Source of the DNA: Deltaproteobacteria bacterium
GTDB lineage: Bacteria > Desulfobacterota > Binatia > UBA12015
Assembly (NCBI GenBank): GCA_046583355.1
Contig: JAYGCM010000075.1
Coordinates: 12,258 to 76,257 of the forward strand
Length of the DNA stretch: 64,000 nt
Reading direction: 5' to 3'
The notes beneath the pieces were generated by a model. The model did no database searches. It saw nothing but the letters and a program-made list of their open reading frames with translations, and was not told where the DNA came from. The translations under genes were made by a program, and so were the position numbers. Each line of letters starts with the position of its first letter. Positions within the stretch are counted from its first letter, which is position 1. Shown here piece after piece: positions 50,401-60,542 of the stretch.

Positions 50401-50751
50401 CAATTACGACCTGATTTGGACAAAAGGGGCGTCCTTTCGGTCGCCCGACTGCAGAAAGCGGCGGCCGGAGCCGAGGTTCACGTGGCCGGCGCCGTGATCG
50501 TGCGTCAGCGCCCCCCGGCGGCCGGGGGCTTTTGTTTCCTCACCCTCGAAGACGAAACCGGGCTCGGCAATGCCCTCCTGACGCCGAAGATTTACCAGCG
50601 TTTCCGCAGGGTTCTGCAGCAGAACTCGTTGCTCCTTCTGGCCGGAAGGGTGCAGAGCCAGGACGGCGTGGTGCACCTGCGCATCACCGCCATGGAGCCC
50701 CTGGGCCTTGCGAGTTCTACCGTGTTGCCGCCCTCACACGATTATCATTGA
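47500..50751 (+). CDS. dnaE2: error-prone DNA polymerase III alpha subunit
   Basis: SAFSFLEGAS, QGRGSAANSAVCY, PDIDLD, PRHLGQHSGG, GFPESHAASF, PMGFY and C-terminal SHDYH. Confidence 0.95.
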   Translation: MRAGGYIELRCRSAFSFLEGASLPEELAGRAIELGYGAMALADRGGLYGAPRFWKAARDTGLRALVGAEVEFAEGRLLLLVESAAGYRRLCRLLTLGHSRTPSKSELRLSLADLEGESGGLVCLAGGESSPLTEALRRGDALRARRHVSVLRELFPRRLWVDVQRSRNPRVERRSRALADLADATSLPLVASGDIRFATPQGQSLLDIFASIRAGIPLDRLGRHALVNAEQCLAAPLCVAQRFSDRPALVRESLRIAERLEFTLDDLGYRFPEAAVPPGNSPIAHLRRLTFAGAAGRYGEPLAERVRRQLEHELAIIGRLDLAGYFLIVHDIVRFCGDQGILVQGRGSAANSAVCYSLGITAVDAVGMDLLFERFLSEERGEWPDIDLDLPSGAQRERVIQYLYRSYGGGGRSRPGPSGAGRVPTLGAGVAMTANVITYRRRGALREAGKAFGLAPLQVDRLSRELGRQGLRDSEGGLRERFAEAGIDLTSRRMQLLVTAVDAMEGLPRHLGQHSGGMVLAAGRLDEVVPLEPASMPGRSVVQWDKEDCADLGLIKIDLLGLGMLAALEEAIPLIRQSSGVEIDLAKLPPDDPKTYAMIQKADTVGVFQIESRAQMATLPRLKPATFYDLVVEVALIRPGPIVGKMVHPYLNRRAGREDVRYAHPCLEPILRRTLGVPLFQEQLLRIAVTAAGFRPGEAEELRRAMGFKRSTERMRVLELKLRRGLASRGIHGAAAEEILLGITSFAMYGFPESHAASFALIAYASAYLKAHYPAAFLCALLNAWPMGFYHPSTLVSDAQRHGVRVLPIDVQHSAWANTLEQRRVGDGDPAVRLGLRFIHGLRATAGAALVRERGASPFRDLGDLAARSALPRKDLAMLARAGALAGLGTGERRQALWQIAALPSAKEPLLREALTHRSDQDSPTAAGESGGPSLAPGFRTPAMSPIEELLADYAATGLTTEPHLLAQLRPDLDKRGVLSVARLQKAAAGAEVHVAGAVIVRQRPPAAGGFCFLTLEDETGLGNALLTPKIYQRFRRVLQQNSLLLLAGRVQSQDGVVHLRITAMEPLGLASSTVLPPSHDYH

Positions 50752-50761
50752 GAAAGTTCTT

Positions 50762-50780
50762 GATAATGATTCTCATTATC
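50762..50780. promoter_or_regulatory. Fur box
   Basis: GATAATGATTCTCATTATC matches GATAATGATAATCATTATC at 17 of 19 positions. Confidence 0.85.
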
Positions 50781-50794
50781 CCGATAATAGGAGC

Positions 50795-51031
50795 ATGGTC
50801 GTCTGTCTTTGTCAGGGCATCTCGGAGAAACGCGTCCGCGCGGCAATCCGCACAGGTGCGTCGACCCGCAAGCAGGTAACCAAGGCCTGCCGCGCCGGCG
50901 GCGGCTGCGGCGGCTGCCACGAGGTCATCAAAGACCTGATCCGCGACGAGCAAGCGACGGCCCCCCGCAGCCCTGAGCGCGCTTCCGGCGACGTCGCTGG
51001 CCAAGCCCCGCTGATCGCCGTCCCAGGCTGA
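50795..51031 (+). CDS. bfd: bacterioferritin-associated ferredoxin
   Basis: MVVCLC...AGGGCGGC pattern, RBS AGGAG and an upstream Fur box. Confidence 0.85.
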   Translation: MVVCLCQGISEKRVRAAIRTGASTRKQVTKACRAGGGCGGCHEVIKDLIRDEQATAPRSPERASGDVAGQAPLIAVPG

Positions 51032-51052
51032 GCCCGCCGCCGGGACTTTTCG

Positions 51053-51715
51053 TCAGCTGCCGGGGAGGGTTTTGCCGGCGGGCAGGATGCTGGCGCCGTT
51101 GGCGTTTTTCTTGGCGAGGAAGGCCAGGGTGCCTTGGACGCCCTTTTTGGAGAAGAGTTCCTGGACCTGGGAGCGGAAGTTGGCGACCAGGCTGATGTGT
51201 TCGACCACGACGTCGATCACACGCCACTGGCCCTTGATCTGGCGCAGGCGGTAATCGACCAGAATATCTTCGCCGCCGGGCTGGACGATACGTGTTTTGA
51301 CGGTCCAGTCGCCGCGCGGCTCTTCGCGGTCGCTTGCGATTTCGATGGTCTGGTTGTCGAAGCGGTTGATGTTGCGGCTGTAGGTGACCGAGAGATGTTT
51401 CTGGAACTCGGTGGCGAAGGCTCGCTTCTCCTCGGTATTCAGGCGGCGCCAGTTTCGCGCGGCGACCAGGCGCGCGATGCTGGGGAAATGGAAGCGGCGG
51501 GCGGCGATCGCCTCGATCGCCTGGATCTGGCCCTTGTCGTCGAGGCTCGGGTCGCGCAGGACCACCAATACCTCATCGGTCATGGTGTCGACGAAGTCGG
51601 TCGGGGTGGCGGTCTCCGCGAACGCCGCCTGTGCCGTCAGGCCCAGCAGGCAGGCAAGTAGAAAGAAGGCCGCGCGGGCTCCTGGGCGTCGGTTGGTTGC
51701 AGGCAATCTCACCAT
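51053..51715 (-). CDS. mlaC: phospholipid-binding periplasmic protein
   Basis: Signal peptide, VDYRL...WRVIDVVVEHISLVANFRSQ. Confidence 0.88.
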   Translation of the reverse strand: MVRLPATNRRPGARAAFFLLACLLGLTAQAAFAETATPTDFVDTMTDEVLVVLRDPSLDDKGQIQAIEAIAARRFHFPSIARLVAARNWRRLNTEEKRAFATEFQKHLSVTYSRNINRFDNQTIEIASDREEPRGDWTVKTRIVQPGGEDILVDYRLRQIKGQWRVIDVVVEHISLVANFRSQVQELFSKKGVQGTLAFLAKKNANGASILPAGKTLPGS

Positions 51716-52494
51716 TCCTCCTCGTCGAAGTCGTCGAAATAATAGAGGTCCTGCTGGCGGGCGGCATCGGCCGCCTCGGTGCCGAGGACGCGTTCGGTGC
51801 GCTGTTGACCATAGGCGTCGCGGGCCGCAACGTAGAGGTCGAAGGAGGCCTCTTTGAGGTTCTCGACATCTCGCAAGAGCAGCGAACGCTGGTTGAGGTT
51901 CTCGGTCACCACCGATCCGAGCAGGATGGGCCAGTCGAAGAAGAAGGTCGCTATACCGAGATAGCCGTCGACGAAAAGGCCGGCGGTATCGCGCGGGTTG
52001 GAAGGCCCCCAGATGGGCAGCACCAGGTAGGGGCCGGGCGGCACACCCCAGATGCCCAGGGTTTGGCCGAAATCGGCTTGATGGCGTTCGAGGTCAAGTG
52101 CGCTGGCGGCATCGAAGAGGCCGCCCAGGCCGAGCGTGGTGTTCACGCAGAAGCGACTCAAGGTCAGCGCGGCCGGGTCGAGGTTGCCCTGCAGGAGAAG
52201 GTTCACGAAGCGGATCGGGAAGAGAAGGTTATCGTAGAAGTTTTCGATCGTGCGCTGAATGGGCCGCGGCGAGACGAAATCCCAGCCCTGCGCAACCGGC
52301 GCGAGCACCCAGGTGTCGAGCTCCTCATTGAAGCGGAAGATGGCGCGGTTGAAGCTCTCAAGCGGGTCGGCCGAAGTCAGCGCGTCGGGTGCAGCTACGG
52401 CCTCGGTTGGCATATCTGCGGTTGCGGCCACGCGCGCGGGCGTCGCCGCGGCAAGGAAGAGCAGCGGAAGAATCAGTAAGGAGCGGAACAGCAC
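51709..52494 (-). CDS. mlaA: VacJ/MlaA family protein
   Basis: DPLESFNR, NTTLGLGGLFD and DFGQTLGIWGVPPGPYLVLP motifs. Confidence 0.9.
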   Translation of the reverse strand: MLFRSLLILPLLFLAAATPARVAATADMPTEAVAAPDALTSADPLESFNRAIFRFNEELDTWVLAPVAQGWDFVSPRPIQRTIENFYDNLLFPIRFVNLLLQGNLDPAALTLSRFCVNTTLGLGGLFDAASALDLERHQADFGQTLGIWGVPPGPYLVLPIWGPSNPRDTAGLFVDGYLGIATFFFDWPILLGSVVTENLNQRSLLLRDVENLKEASFDLYVAARDAYGQQRTERVLGTEAADAARQQDLYYFDDFDEEEW

Positions 52495-52504
52495 TTCTGC
52501 TATT

Positions 52505-52963
52505 TTAATTTGCTTCGCCCACGTTGTCGAGAAGCTTTCCGATGAGACGTTCGAGAATCACCGCCGATTCGGTGAAACTGATCTCTTCGCCGGACTCGAG
52601 CAGGATTTCCTCGCCGCCCAGCTGCAGCGAAATATAGCGGTCGCCAAGGACACCGGCGGTGACGATCGAGGCACTGGTGTCGATCGGCAATTCCAGGCCG
52701 TCCTGGAGATTCATCCGCACGCGGGCGCGGTAGTCATTGTCGAGCTCGATGGCGGTGACGCGGCCGACCTTGACGCCAGCGATATCGACCGGCGCCAGCC
52801 GCTTGAGGCCCGAGGCCTCATCGAAGGACGCGTAGAGGACCAGGCCGCCGTTCTGCGAGAAAGGGTCCTCGCCGATGCGGAAGGCGAGGGTGGCGACGGC
52901 GAGGATGCCGACCAGAACGAAAAGGCCGGCGGCGAAATCGCGCGCGGGTGATTTGGTCATCAT
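52505..52963 (-). CDS. mlaD: MCE-domain protein
   Basis: AGVKVGRV, TAGVLGDRYISL and LERLIGK motifs. Confidence 0.9.
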   Translation of the reverse strand: MMTKSPARDFAAGLFVLVGILAVATLAFRIGEDPFSQNGGLVLYASFDEASGLKRLAPVDIAGVKVGRVTAIELDNDYRARVRMNLQDGLELPIDTSASIVTAGVLGDRYISLQLGGEEILLESGEEISFTESAVILERLIGKLLDNVGEAN

Positions 52964-53748
52964 AAGCTGAATCCCCAGAGGGCCGTGACGAAATAATCGC
53001 TGATCAGAATCGCAACCGAGGTGAAAACGACGGTCGAGGTGGTTGCCTTGCTTACGCCTTGGGCGTTGGGCTCGGCCGAGTAGCCCTGGAAGGTGGCAAT
53101 GAAGCCCGCCAGCGCGCCGAAGAGAACGGCCTTCAGGTAGCAGGCGCCGATATCGTCGCCGAAGCGGATCGACTCGCTCAGGCCCGAGACGAAGGCACCG
53201 GAATCCAGCCCCATGAGCTCAACGCCGACCAGGTAGCTGCCGGCCAGCCCGCAGAGAACGAAGATGGCGGTCAGGATCGGCATGATGAGGATCATGCTCA
53301 GGGCCTTGGGCGCCACGACGATTTGCAGCGGGTTGATCGACATCATGCGCAGGCCGTCGAGTTGTTCGGTGGTGACCATTGAGGCGATCCCGGCGGCGGT
53401 GGCGGAGCCGGCGCGGCCGGTGACCAGAAGCCCGGTGAGTACGGGCCCGAGTTCGCGGATCAGGCTCAGCCCGACCACCGTGCCCAGGGCGTTCTCGGCG
53501 CCGAAGCGCACCAATGTATTGTACCCCTGCAGGCCGAGCACCATGCCGACGGCGAAGCCTGAGATCGAAATGATGACAAAGGAGAGCACGCCGAGCAGCC
53601 AGGTCTCTTCCAGATAACGCCGTGCGCGTAGGGGCGGCTGCACCGCCGCGAGACTGACCTGTAGGGTGAAAAAGAAGAACTCGCCGAGGCGAGCGAGGCT
53701 GCGCAGGGCGCGGAAGCCGAGGCCGCGGATCGACAAGACCACGTTCAT
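52960..53748 (-). CDS. mlaE: lipid asymmetry ABC transporter permease
   Basis: LGLQGY, RELGPVL, GRAGSA and TEQLD motifs. Confidence 0.92.
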   Translation of the reverse strand: MNVVLSIRGLGFRALRSLARLGEFFFFTLQVSLAAVQPPLRARRYLEETWLLGVLSFVIISISGFAVGMVLGLQGYNTLVRFGAENALGTVVGLSLIRELGPVLTGLLVTGRAGSATAAGIASMVTTEQLDGLRMMSINPLQIVVAPKALSMILIMPILTAIFVLCGLAGSYLVGVELMGLDSGAFVSGLSESIRFGDDIGACYLKAVLFGALAGFIATFQGYSAEPNAQGVSKATTSTVVFTSVAILISDYFVTALWGFSL

Positions 53749-54527
53749 GGAGCCGGCTCGGCCGGCGGTGCGGCCTCGGCGAAGAACTCCGCGACATCGG
53801 CCTCCGGGCTGTGTCGCAGGGCATCGGCCGACCCTTCGATGGTGTGGCCGCCGAGGAAGAGCAGGATGTGGTCGGCCATGCGCAGGGTCGATCCGATATG
53901 GTGGGATACCACAACGATAGTGATGCCATGCTCGCGGTTGAGCTCGATGAGGAGCTTCTCGATGCGGCGCACGGATATCGGGTCCAGCCCGGAGAAGGGT
54001 TCATCGCAGAGCAGAATCTGCGGCCGGTAGACGATCGCGCGGGCCAGCGCGGCGCGGCGCAACATGCCACCGGAGAGCTCGCCGGGCAGCAGCTTGTACA
54101 ATTCGCCGAGACCGACGCTGTGCAGCGCCTCGGTGACTCGGGCGTCGATCGCCGCCGGCGTAAGCTTGGTATGTTCGCGCAGAGGCAGGGAAATATTGTC
54201 GCGTACGGTGAGGGAATCGAGCAGGGCACCGCCCTGAAAGAGCATCGCGACGCGCTGGCGGATGCGGCGCAAGGCGGTCCCGGACGCACCGACGACATTT
54301 TCGCCCGCGACATCGATGCGGCCGGCCTGGGGGGCGATCAGCCCGCCGATCAGACGTAGCAAGGTGCTTTTGCCGGCGCCGCTGCCACCGAGGATGACGC
54401 TGATTTTTCCGGCCGGGAACTGACAATCGAGCCCGTCGAGCACGATGCGCTCACCAAAAGCCATGTGGACGCCGGCGAAACGGATATCCGCTGTCGCCGT
54501 GTCTGAAGTCGGAGCGGCTTTAGACAT
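53745..54527 (-). CDS. mlaF: lipid asymmetry ABC transporter ATPase
   Basis: GGSGAGKST, LSGGM, DEPFSGLDP and VSH motifs. Confidence 0.92.
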   Translation of the reverse strand: MSKAAPTSDTATADIRFAGVHMAFGERIVLDGLDCQFPAGKISVILGGSGAGKSTLLRLIGGLIAPQAGRIDVAGENVVGASGTALRRIRQRVAMLFQGGALLDSLTVRDNISLPLREHTKLTPAAIDARVTEALHSVGLGELYKLLPGELSGGMLRRAALARAIVYRPQILLCDEPFSGLDPISVRRIEKLLIELNREHGITIVVVSHHIGSTLRMADHILLFLGGHTIEGSADALRHSPEADVAEFFAEAAPPAEPAP

Positions 54528-54545
54528 AAAGGAATTAAAAGGAAG

Positions 54546-54617
54546 TGCGCCCGGCAGGGATCGAACCTGCATCTAGGGCTCCGGAGGCCCTCGTGATATC
54601 CATTTCACCACGGGCGC
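54546..54617 (-). tRNA. tRNA-Arg(CCG)
   Basis: GCGCCCG/CGGGCGC acceptor stem, anticodon loop CTCCGGA. Confidence 0.93.
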
Positions 54618-54752
54618 GTGCGAAAGGTTCTTACAATAGGGATTCGCAGGATGCCATGCATAAAGCTGAATTCGTCGGTTTTTCCCGGCGAAGCTGGCAG
54701 GTCGGGCAGCGGATCGTTAGAAAGTCGTGCGCGAACTCCCTCAGGCGAGCTT

Positions 54753-54825
54753 AGGGCGGTAGCCAAGTGGTTAAGGCACCGGGTTTTGGTCCCGGTATTC
54801 GAAGGTTCGAACCCTTCCCGCCCTG
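54753..54825 (+). tRNA. tRNA-Gln(TTG)
   Basis: AGGGCGG/CCGCCCT acceptor stem, anticodon loop TTTTGGT, canonical position before prs. Confidence 0.95.
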
Positions 54826-54865
54826 TTGGGGATTCGGCTGGGGGTCGCGCCGGAAGCCATTTTAA

Positions 54866-55837
54866 ATGAGCGAAACACTTCATAAAAAACATAGTAAAGA
54901 CGCCATCCGTGTCTTCAGCGGCAACTCGAATCTGCCGCTGGCGAAGGCGGCTTGCGAGCATCTCGGCGTGCCGCTCTCGCAGGCCGAGATCCGTCGCTTC
55001 AGCGACGGTGAGATCAACGTCGACATCCAAGCCAATGTACGCGGCAGCGATGTCTTCGTGATCCAATCAACCTCGACGCCGACCAACGACCATCTGATGG
55101 AACTCCTGCTGATGCTCGACGCGCTCAAACGCGCCTCAGCCAAGCGGGTCACCGCCGTCATGCCCTATTACGGGTACGCACGGCAAGACCGGAAGGTCGC
55201 GCCGCGCGCGCCGATCAGCGCCAAGCTGGTCGCCGACCTCCTGCAGGTCGCCGGTGCTGCGCGTCTGCTCACGATGGATTTACACGCCGGTCAGATCCAG
55301 GGCTTTTTCGACTGCCCGGTCGACAATCTCTACGCGACGCCAGTTCTGCTCAAGTACCTGCGCGAGCGCCTGGGCGGCCAGGAGGCGACAATCATCTCGC
55401 CGGATGCCGGTGGTGTGGAGCGTGCCCGTGCCTACGCCAAGCGCCTGGACGCCACCTTGGCGGTCATTGATAAGCGTCGCTCCGGGCCCAATACCATTGC
55501 CGAGATGAACATCATCGGCGATGTCGGCTCGCGGACGGCCGTGCTGGTCGACGATATGGTCGATACCGCCGGAACCCTGACTACGGCCGCACAGGCCGCG
55601 GTCGATGCCGGCGCCACCGAAGTTCTGGCGGCTTGTTCGCATGCCGTCCTTTCCGGGCCCGCCATCGAGCGGCTCGAGAAATCACAAATCACGGAACTGA
55701 TCGTCACCGATACGATCGACATTCACCCAGAGGCCGTGGCCTGCTCGAAGGTCAAGATCCTCTCGGTGGCTGAACTGATCGGCGAAGGAATTCGCCGTAC
55801 CCACAACGAAGAATCCGTCAGCTCGCTCTTTATTTAG
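54866..55837 (+). CDS. prs: ribose-phosphate pyrophosphokinase
   Basis: FSDGE, PYYGYARQDRK, DLHAGQIQGFF and VDDMVDTAGT motifs. Confidence 0.97.
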   Translation: MSETLHKKHSKDAIRVFSGNSNLPLAKAACEHLGVPLSQAEIRRFSDGEINVDIQANVRGSDVFVIQSTSTPTNDHLMELLLMLDALKRASAKRVTAVMPYYGYARQDRKVAPRAPISAKLVADLLQVAGAARLLTMDLHAGQIQGFFDCPVDNLYATPVLLKYLRERLGGQEATIISPDAGGVERARAYAKRLDATLAVIDKRRSGPNTIAEMNIIGDVGSRTAVLVDDMVDTAGTLTTAAQAAVDAGATEVLAACSHAVLSGPAIERLEKSQITELIVTDTIDIHPEAVACSKVKILSVAELIGEGIRRTHNEESVSSLFI

Positions 55838-55866
55838 AGCCGACGGAATAGCAGCGGAGCATCTTC

Positions 55867-56564
<698 letters not shown>

Positions 56565-56568
<4 letters not shown>

Positions 56569-57173
56569 AACCGGCTTCCCGCCTGATTGCGGGGCTGGGG
56601 AATCCCGGGCCCGAGTACGAGTGCACCCGGCATAATATCGGGTGGCTCGCGCTTGAGGCCTTTTTGCAGGCCAAGGGGCCTGTATGCTGGGAGCAGGCCG
56701 CAGGCTTGCGTTTCGTCCGCATAGAGCTCCCCGACGGGGCGCTTCTTTGCGTCGAGCCGCGGGATTTCATGAACCGCAGCGGTCCGCCTGTGCAGGCATT
56801 GGCCGCCGCCTGCGGTATCGAGCCGGCCGCTATTTTGGTGGTTCATGACGATCTCGACCTTGATTTCGGGCGGATCAAATTGAAGCGCGATGGCGGGACC
56901 GCCGGCCATCGCGGCTTGGCGTCGCTGGTCGCAGCGCTTGGCACCGACGCTTTTCCGCGCCTGCGTCTGGGAATTGGCCGCCCACCCGAGGGGGGCGCCG
57001 TGATTGACTTCGTCCTGGAGCCCTTTACGGCTGCGCAGGGGGCGGATCTGGATGCGCTGATCGACGAAAGTAGGGCGGCGATCGGCACTTGGCTCGAGGC
57101 AGGCACGGAATCTGCGATGAATCTGGTCAATGTACGGCGAAAGCGCCTTGAGATAAAGTCCGTCGATTGTTAG
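56565..57173 (+). CDS. pth: peptidyl-tRNA hydrolase (probable CTG start)
   Basis: LIAGLGNPGPEYECTRHNIG lies in frame upstream of the first TTG. FMNRSG, HDDLDL, GHRGL and RLRLGIGRP motifs. Confidence 0.9.
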
Positions 57174-57197
57174 CCAGCAACCTCTTCCGGAGGAGAA

Positions 57198-57620
57198 ATG
57201 CCCGCATACGAATGCATGATCGCCTACCACCCCGAAACGGGTGAAGTCGGCGTACAAGAACAATTGGAACGAGCCCGTCAATTCATCGTCGCTGAGGGCG
57301 GTGAAGTCAGCGAGACGCATGAGTGGGGGACGCGAGATCTTGCGTACCCGATTCAGAAGCAGAAGCGTGGGCTTTTCTATGTCATCGAGTTTAAAGGAAA
57401 CGGCGCAGCCGTGGCCGAGCTGGAGCGGAATCTGCGCATCGCGGACTCTGTTTTGCGCTATATCACGGTGAGGGTGGACCCCAATCGTGGGCCGCTTGAA
57501 CTCGACGGCAAGCCGCGTCGCGACGAGGCTGAAGAAGAAAAAGCAGAGAAGGACGCGCCGGCTGCCGAGGGCGTAGCCCCTGAAGCCAGCGCCGCACCGG
57601 CTGCCGAAGCCGAGAGCTGA
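57198..57620 (+). CDS. rpsF: 30S ribosomal protein S6
   Basis: [12 protein letters not shown] and ELER...VLRY motifs. Confidence 0.95.
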   Translation: MPAYECMIAYHPETGEVGVQEQLERARQFIVAEGGEVSETHEWGTRDLAYPIQKQKRGLFYVIEFKGNGAAVAELERNLRIADSVLRYITVRVDPNRGPLELDGKPRRDEAEEEKAEKDAPAAEGVAPEASAAPAAEAES

Positions 57621-57636
57621 ACCCGGAGAGAATGAC

Positions 57637-57951
57637 GTGTCGGATAATATGAGAGAAGGTTACTCGGGTTCCCGGGACCGCGACGACGACGATGACCGTG
57701 GCGGTTCGCGCAGCGACTCAAGCCCGTTTCGTCGCCGCTCACGCCGCAAGGTATGCCGCTTCTGTGCGGAGAAGCTCCCTGATGTCGACTACAAGGAAGT
57801 GAAGCTGCTGGGCAGTTTCCTTACCGAGCGCGGCAAGATCATCCCCAGTCGGATCACCGGGACGTGCAATCGTCACCAGCGTCGGCTGTGCCAGGCAATC
57901 AAACGGGCGCGTGCTTCGGCTCTGCTGCCCTTCACCCTGCAACGCCGCTAG
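57637..57951 (+). CDS. rpsR: 30S ribosomal protein S18 (zinc-binding form, N-terminal extension)
   Basis: CRFC, DYK and [19 protein letters not shown] motifs. Confidence 0.95.
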   Translation: MSDNMREGYSGSRDRDDDDDRGGSRSDSSPFRRRSRRKVCRFCAEKLPDVDYKEVKLLGSFLTERGKIIPSRITGTCNRHQRRLCQAIKRARASALLPFTLQRR

Positions 57952-57978
57952 GCGCAGCGGAACTCCAGGAATTCTACG

Positions 57979-58422
57979 ATGGACGTGATTCTTCGCGACG
58001 ACGTCGAGCATCTCGGCGAAATGGGTGATGTGGTTCGGGTCAAACCGGGCCATGCGCGCAACTTCCTGATCCCGCGTGGTCTGGCTGTGCGCGCCGACCG
58101 CCGGAGCCTTGCCACACTTGAGCACGAAAAGCGCTTGGTCGAGGACCGCCGCGCGCGCAAGCGCAAGGCTGCACTCACCGAGGCCGACAAGATCGAGGGT
58201 GTTGTCCTTGAGGCCAAGGTTCGTGCTGGAGACGAAGACCGCCTCTTCGGCTCGGTGACCAACCTCGATATCGAGAAACTTTTCTCGGCTCAGGGAATCA
58301 AGGTCGACCGCCGCCGTATCGATCTGCAGGACCCGATCAAAAAGCTGGGCACTTACCGCCTCACGCTCGGGATCGCGCAGGACGTCAAGGCGACCTTCAC
58401 GCTCAAGGTCATTGCTGAATAA
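57979..58422 (+). CDS. rplI: 50S ribosomal protein L9
   Basis: VKPGHARNFLIP and LFGSVT motifs. Confidence 0.96.
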   Translation: MDVILRDDVEHLGEMGDVVRVKPGHARNFLIPRGLAVRADRRSLATLEHEKRLVEDRRARKRKAALTEADKIEGVVLEAKVRAGDEDRLFGSVTNLDIEKLFSAQGIKVDRRRIDLQDPIKKLGTYRLTLGIAQDVKATFTLKVIAE

Positions 58423-58487
58423 TCACCCTTAGCCACGGCGGGGACTGGTAGGGAAAGCCCGATACAACCTTGATGAGTTGAACTTTC

Positions 58488-58559
58488 AGGCGCGTAGCTC
58501 AGTGGGAGAGCGCTACATTGACACTGTAGAGGTCGGCGGTTCAATCCCGCCCGCGCCTA
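58488..58559 (+). tRNA. tRNA-Val(GAC)
   Basis: AGGCGCG/CGCGCCT acceptor stem, anticodon loop TTGACAC. Confidence 0.95.
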
Positions 58560-58577
58560 TTTTTCGGATTCAATCCA

Positions 58578-60524
58578 ATGGCAGAGAAGTCGGCCCAGCA
58601 AGAAGAGCGCGTGCTCGTACAAGCCAATGCAGGCGAGACGCCGCGTGAGGCTTTCGTACGCAGTGGGCGCAAGTCCAAAGCCATCTCCAAGGCTGTCGGC
58701 GTGCGTGCCGGTGAGCAGCTTTTCGACCTCTTGACGCCTCTGCCGGAGGCCTGCGAGATCGAATGCGTGGCGATCTCCAGCCCCGATGGGCTTGAGTTCT
58801 TGCGCCACTCCACGGCCCACCTGATGGCCCAGGCGACCAAGAAGCTCTACCCGAGCGCGCAGGTCACCATCGGCCCCGTCATCGAAGACGGCTTCTATTA
58901 CGATTTTGCCTTCGAGCGCCCCTTCACACCCGATGACCTCGAGGCCATCGAGGCCGAGATGAAACAGCTCGCCAAGGCGAATTTGACCATCGAGCGCCGG
59001 GTCGAGGACCGCGCGGATGCCATCGCGCGCTTCCGTGCCATGGGCGAAGATTATAAGGTCGAGATCATCGAAGACCTGCCGGTCGACGAGCCGATCTCGC
59101 TCTACCAGCAGGGCGATTTCGTCGACCTCTGCCGCGGCCCACACGTGCCCTCGACGGGGCGCCTGGCGGCCTTCAAGCTGACGCATGTTGCCGGTGCCTA
59201 TTGGCGCGGCGATGAAAAAAACGCGATGCTGCAACGCATCTACGGCACCGCCTTCGCAGACAAGAAGGAATTGAAGGCGCACCTCGAGCGCCTCGAAGAG
59301 GCGAAGAAGCGCGACCATCGCAAACTGGGTCCGGCACTCGACCTCTTCTCCCTGCATCCGATTGCGCCGGGGCTGCCCTTTTTCCACCCGCGCGGTACGA
59401 TCGTCTACAATACGCTGGTCGAATATATGCGCGACCTCTACAAGCGCTACGGCTACCAGGAAGTCATCACCCCGCTGCTCTATAAAACAGAGCTCTTCAA
59501 AACCTCCGGGCATTACGATTCCTACCGCGACGATATGTTCCTGCTCGAGGCCGACGGCGACGAATACGGCGTGAAGCCGATGAATTGCCCGGGCCACGTC
59601 TACCTTTTCGGGCAGGGCAAGAAATCCTACCGCGATCTGCCCATCCGCATGGCCGATTTTTCGCGCCTGCACCGCCTTGAGCGCTCCGGCGTTTTGGCCG
59701 GCCTGACCCGTGTACGTGGCTTCTCCCAGGACGACGCGCATATTTTCTGCACGCCCGAGCAACTCGACGACGAATTCGCCGCGTTCCTCAAGATGACCGG
59801 CGAAGTCTACGCCGATTTCGGCTTCAACGATGTCGAGGTCGCCATCGAGACTCGGCCCGAGAAATTCCTCGGTGAAATCGAACTCTGGGACCAGGCCGAG
59901 AAGTCTCTGGCCGAGGGGCTCATAAGGGCCGGTTTCTCGTTTACCGTGAAGCCGGGCGATGGGGCCTTCTACGGCCCCAAGGTAGTCTTCGATTTCCGCG
60001 ACGTACTCAAGCGGACATGGACCCTCTCGACGATCCAACTCGATTGCGCGATGCCCGACCGTTTCGGCATCAAATATACCCGCAGCGACGGCACCGAAGG
60101 CCGCCCGATGATGTTGCACCGCGCGGTTCTCGGGTCGTTGGAGCGCTTCATCGCGATCCTGATCGAGCATACCGCAGGTGCGCTGCCGCTGTGGCTGGCG
60201 CCGGAGCAGGTTCGAGTGTTAAGCATCACAGAGCGGGTGGCCGATTATGGCCGCCAGGTAGTAGAAACGCTGGAAGCGCGGGGTATTCGCGCAAGTTTGG
60301 ACGACCGGAACGAGAGGCTTGGCTTCAAGGTCCGGGAGGCGCAGGTCGGGAAAATTCCCGTCCTGGCCATCGTCGGAGATCAAGAAGCCGAGGCGCGGGC
60401 CGTTGCGCCTCGTTTTCGCGGAGAGAAGAACAGGCCCGCCGAGCCGCTCGAGCAATTTGTCGAGAGCTTGGTCGGTATGGCCGAAATGCCGAGTCGACGG
60501 GGCACGCCCTCGCAATCCCAGTAA
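58578..60524 (+). CDS. thrS: threonine--tRNA ligase
   Basis: RHSTAHL, DLCRGPH, RDHRKLG, KPMNCPGH and HRAVLGSLERF motifs. Confidence 0.97.
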   Translation: MAEKSAQQEERVLVQANAGETPREAFVRSGRKSKAISKAVGVRAGEQLFDLLTPLPEACEIECVAISSPDGLEFLRHSTAHLMAQATKKLYPSAQVTIGPVIEDGFYYDFAFERPFTPDDLEAIEAEMKQLAKANLTIERRVEDRADAIARFRAMGEDYKVEIIEDLPVDEPISLYQQGDFVDLCRGPHVPSTGRLAAFKLTHVAGAYWRGDEKNAMLQRIYGTAFADKKELKAHLERLEEAKKRDHRKLGPALDLFSLHPIAPGLPFFHPRGTIVYNTLVEYMRDLYKRYGYQEVITPLLYKTELFKTSGHYDSYRDDMFLLEADGDEYGVKPMNCPGHVYLFGQGKKSYRDLPIRMADFSRLHRLERSGVLAGLTRVRGFSQDDAHIFCTPEQLDDEFAAFLKMTGEVYADFGFNDVEVAIETRPEKFLGEIELWDQAEKSLAEGLIRAGFSFTVKPGDGAFYGPKVVFDFRDVLKRTWTLSTIQLDCAMPDRFGIKYTRSDGTEGRPMMLHRAVLGSLERFIAILIEHTAGALPLWLAPEQVRVLSITERVADYGRQVVETLEARGIRASLDDRNERLGFKVREAQVGKIPVLAIVGDQEAEARAVAPRFRGEKNRPAEPLEQFVESLVGMAEMPSRRGTPSQSQ

Positions 60525-60542
60525 AAGAAGAAGAGACGTATC

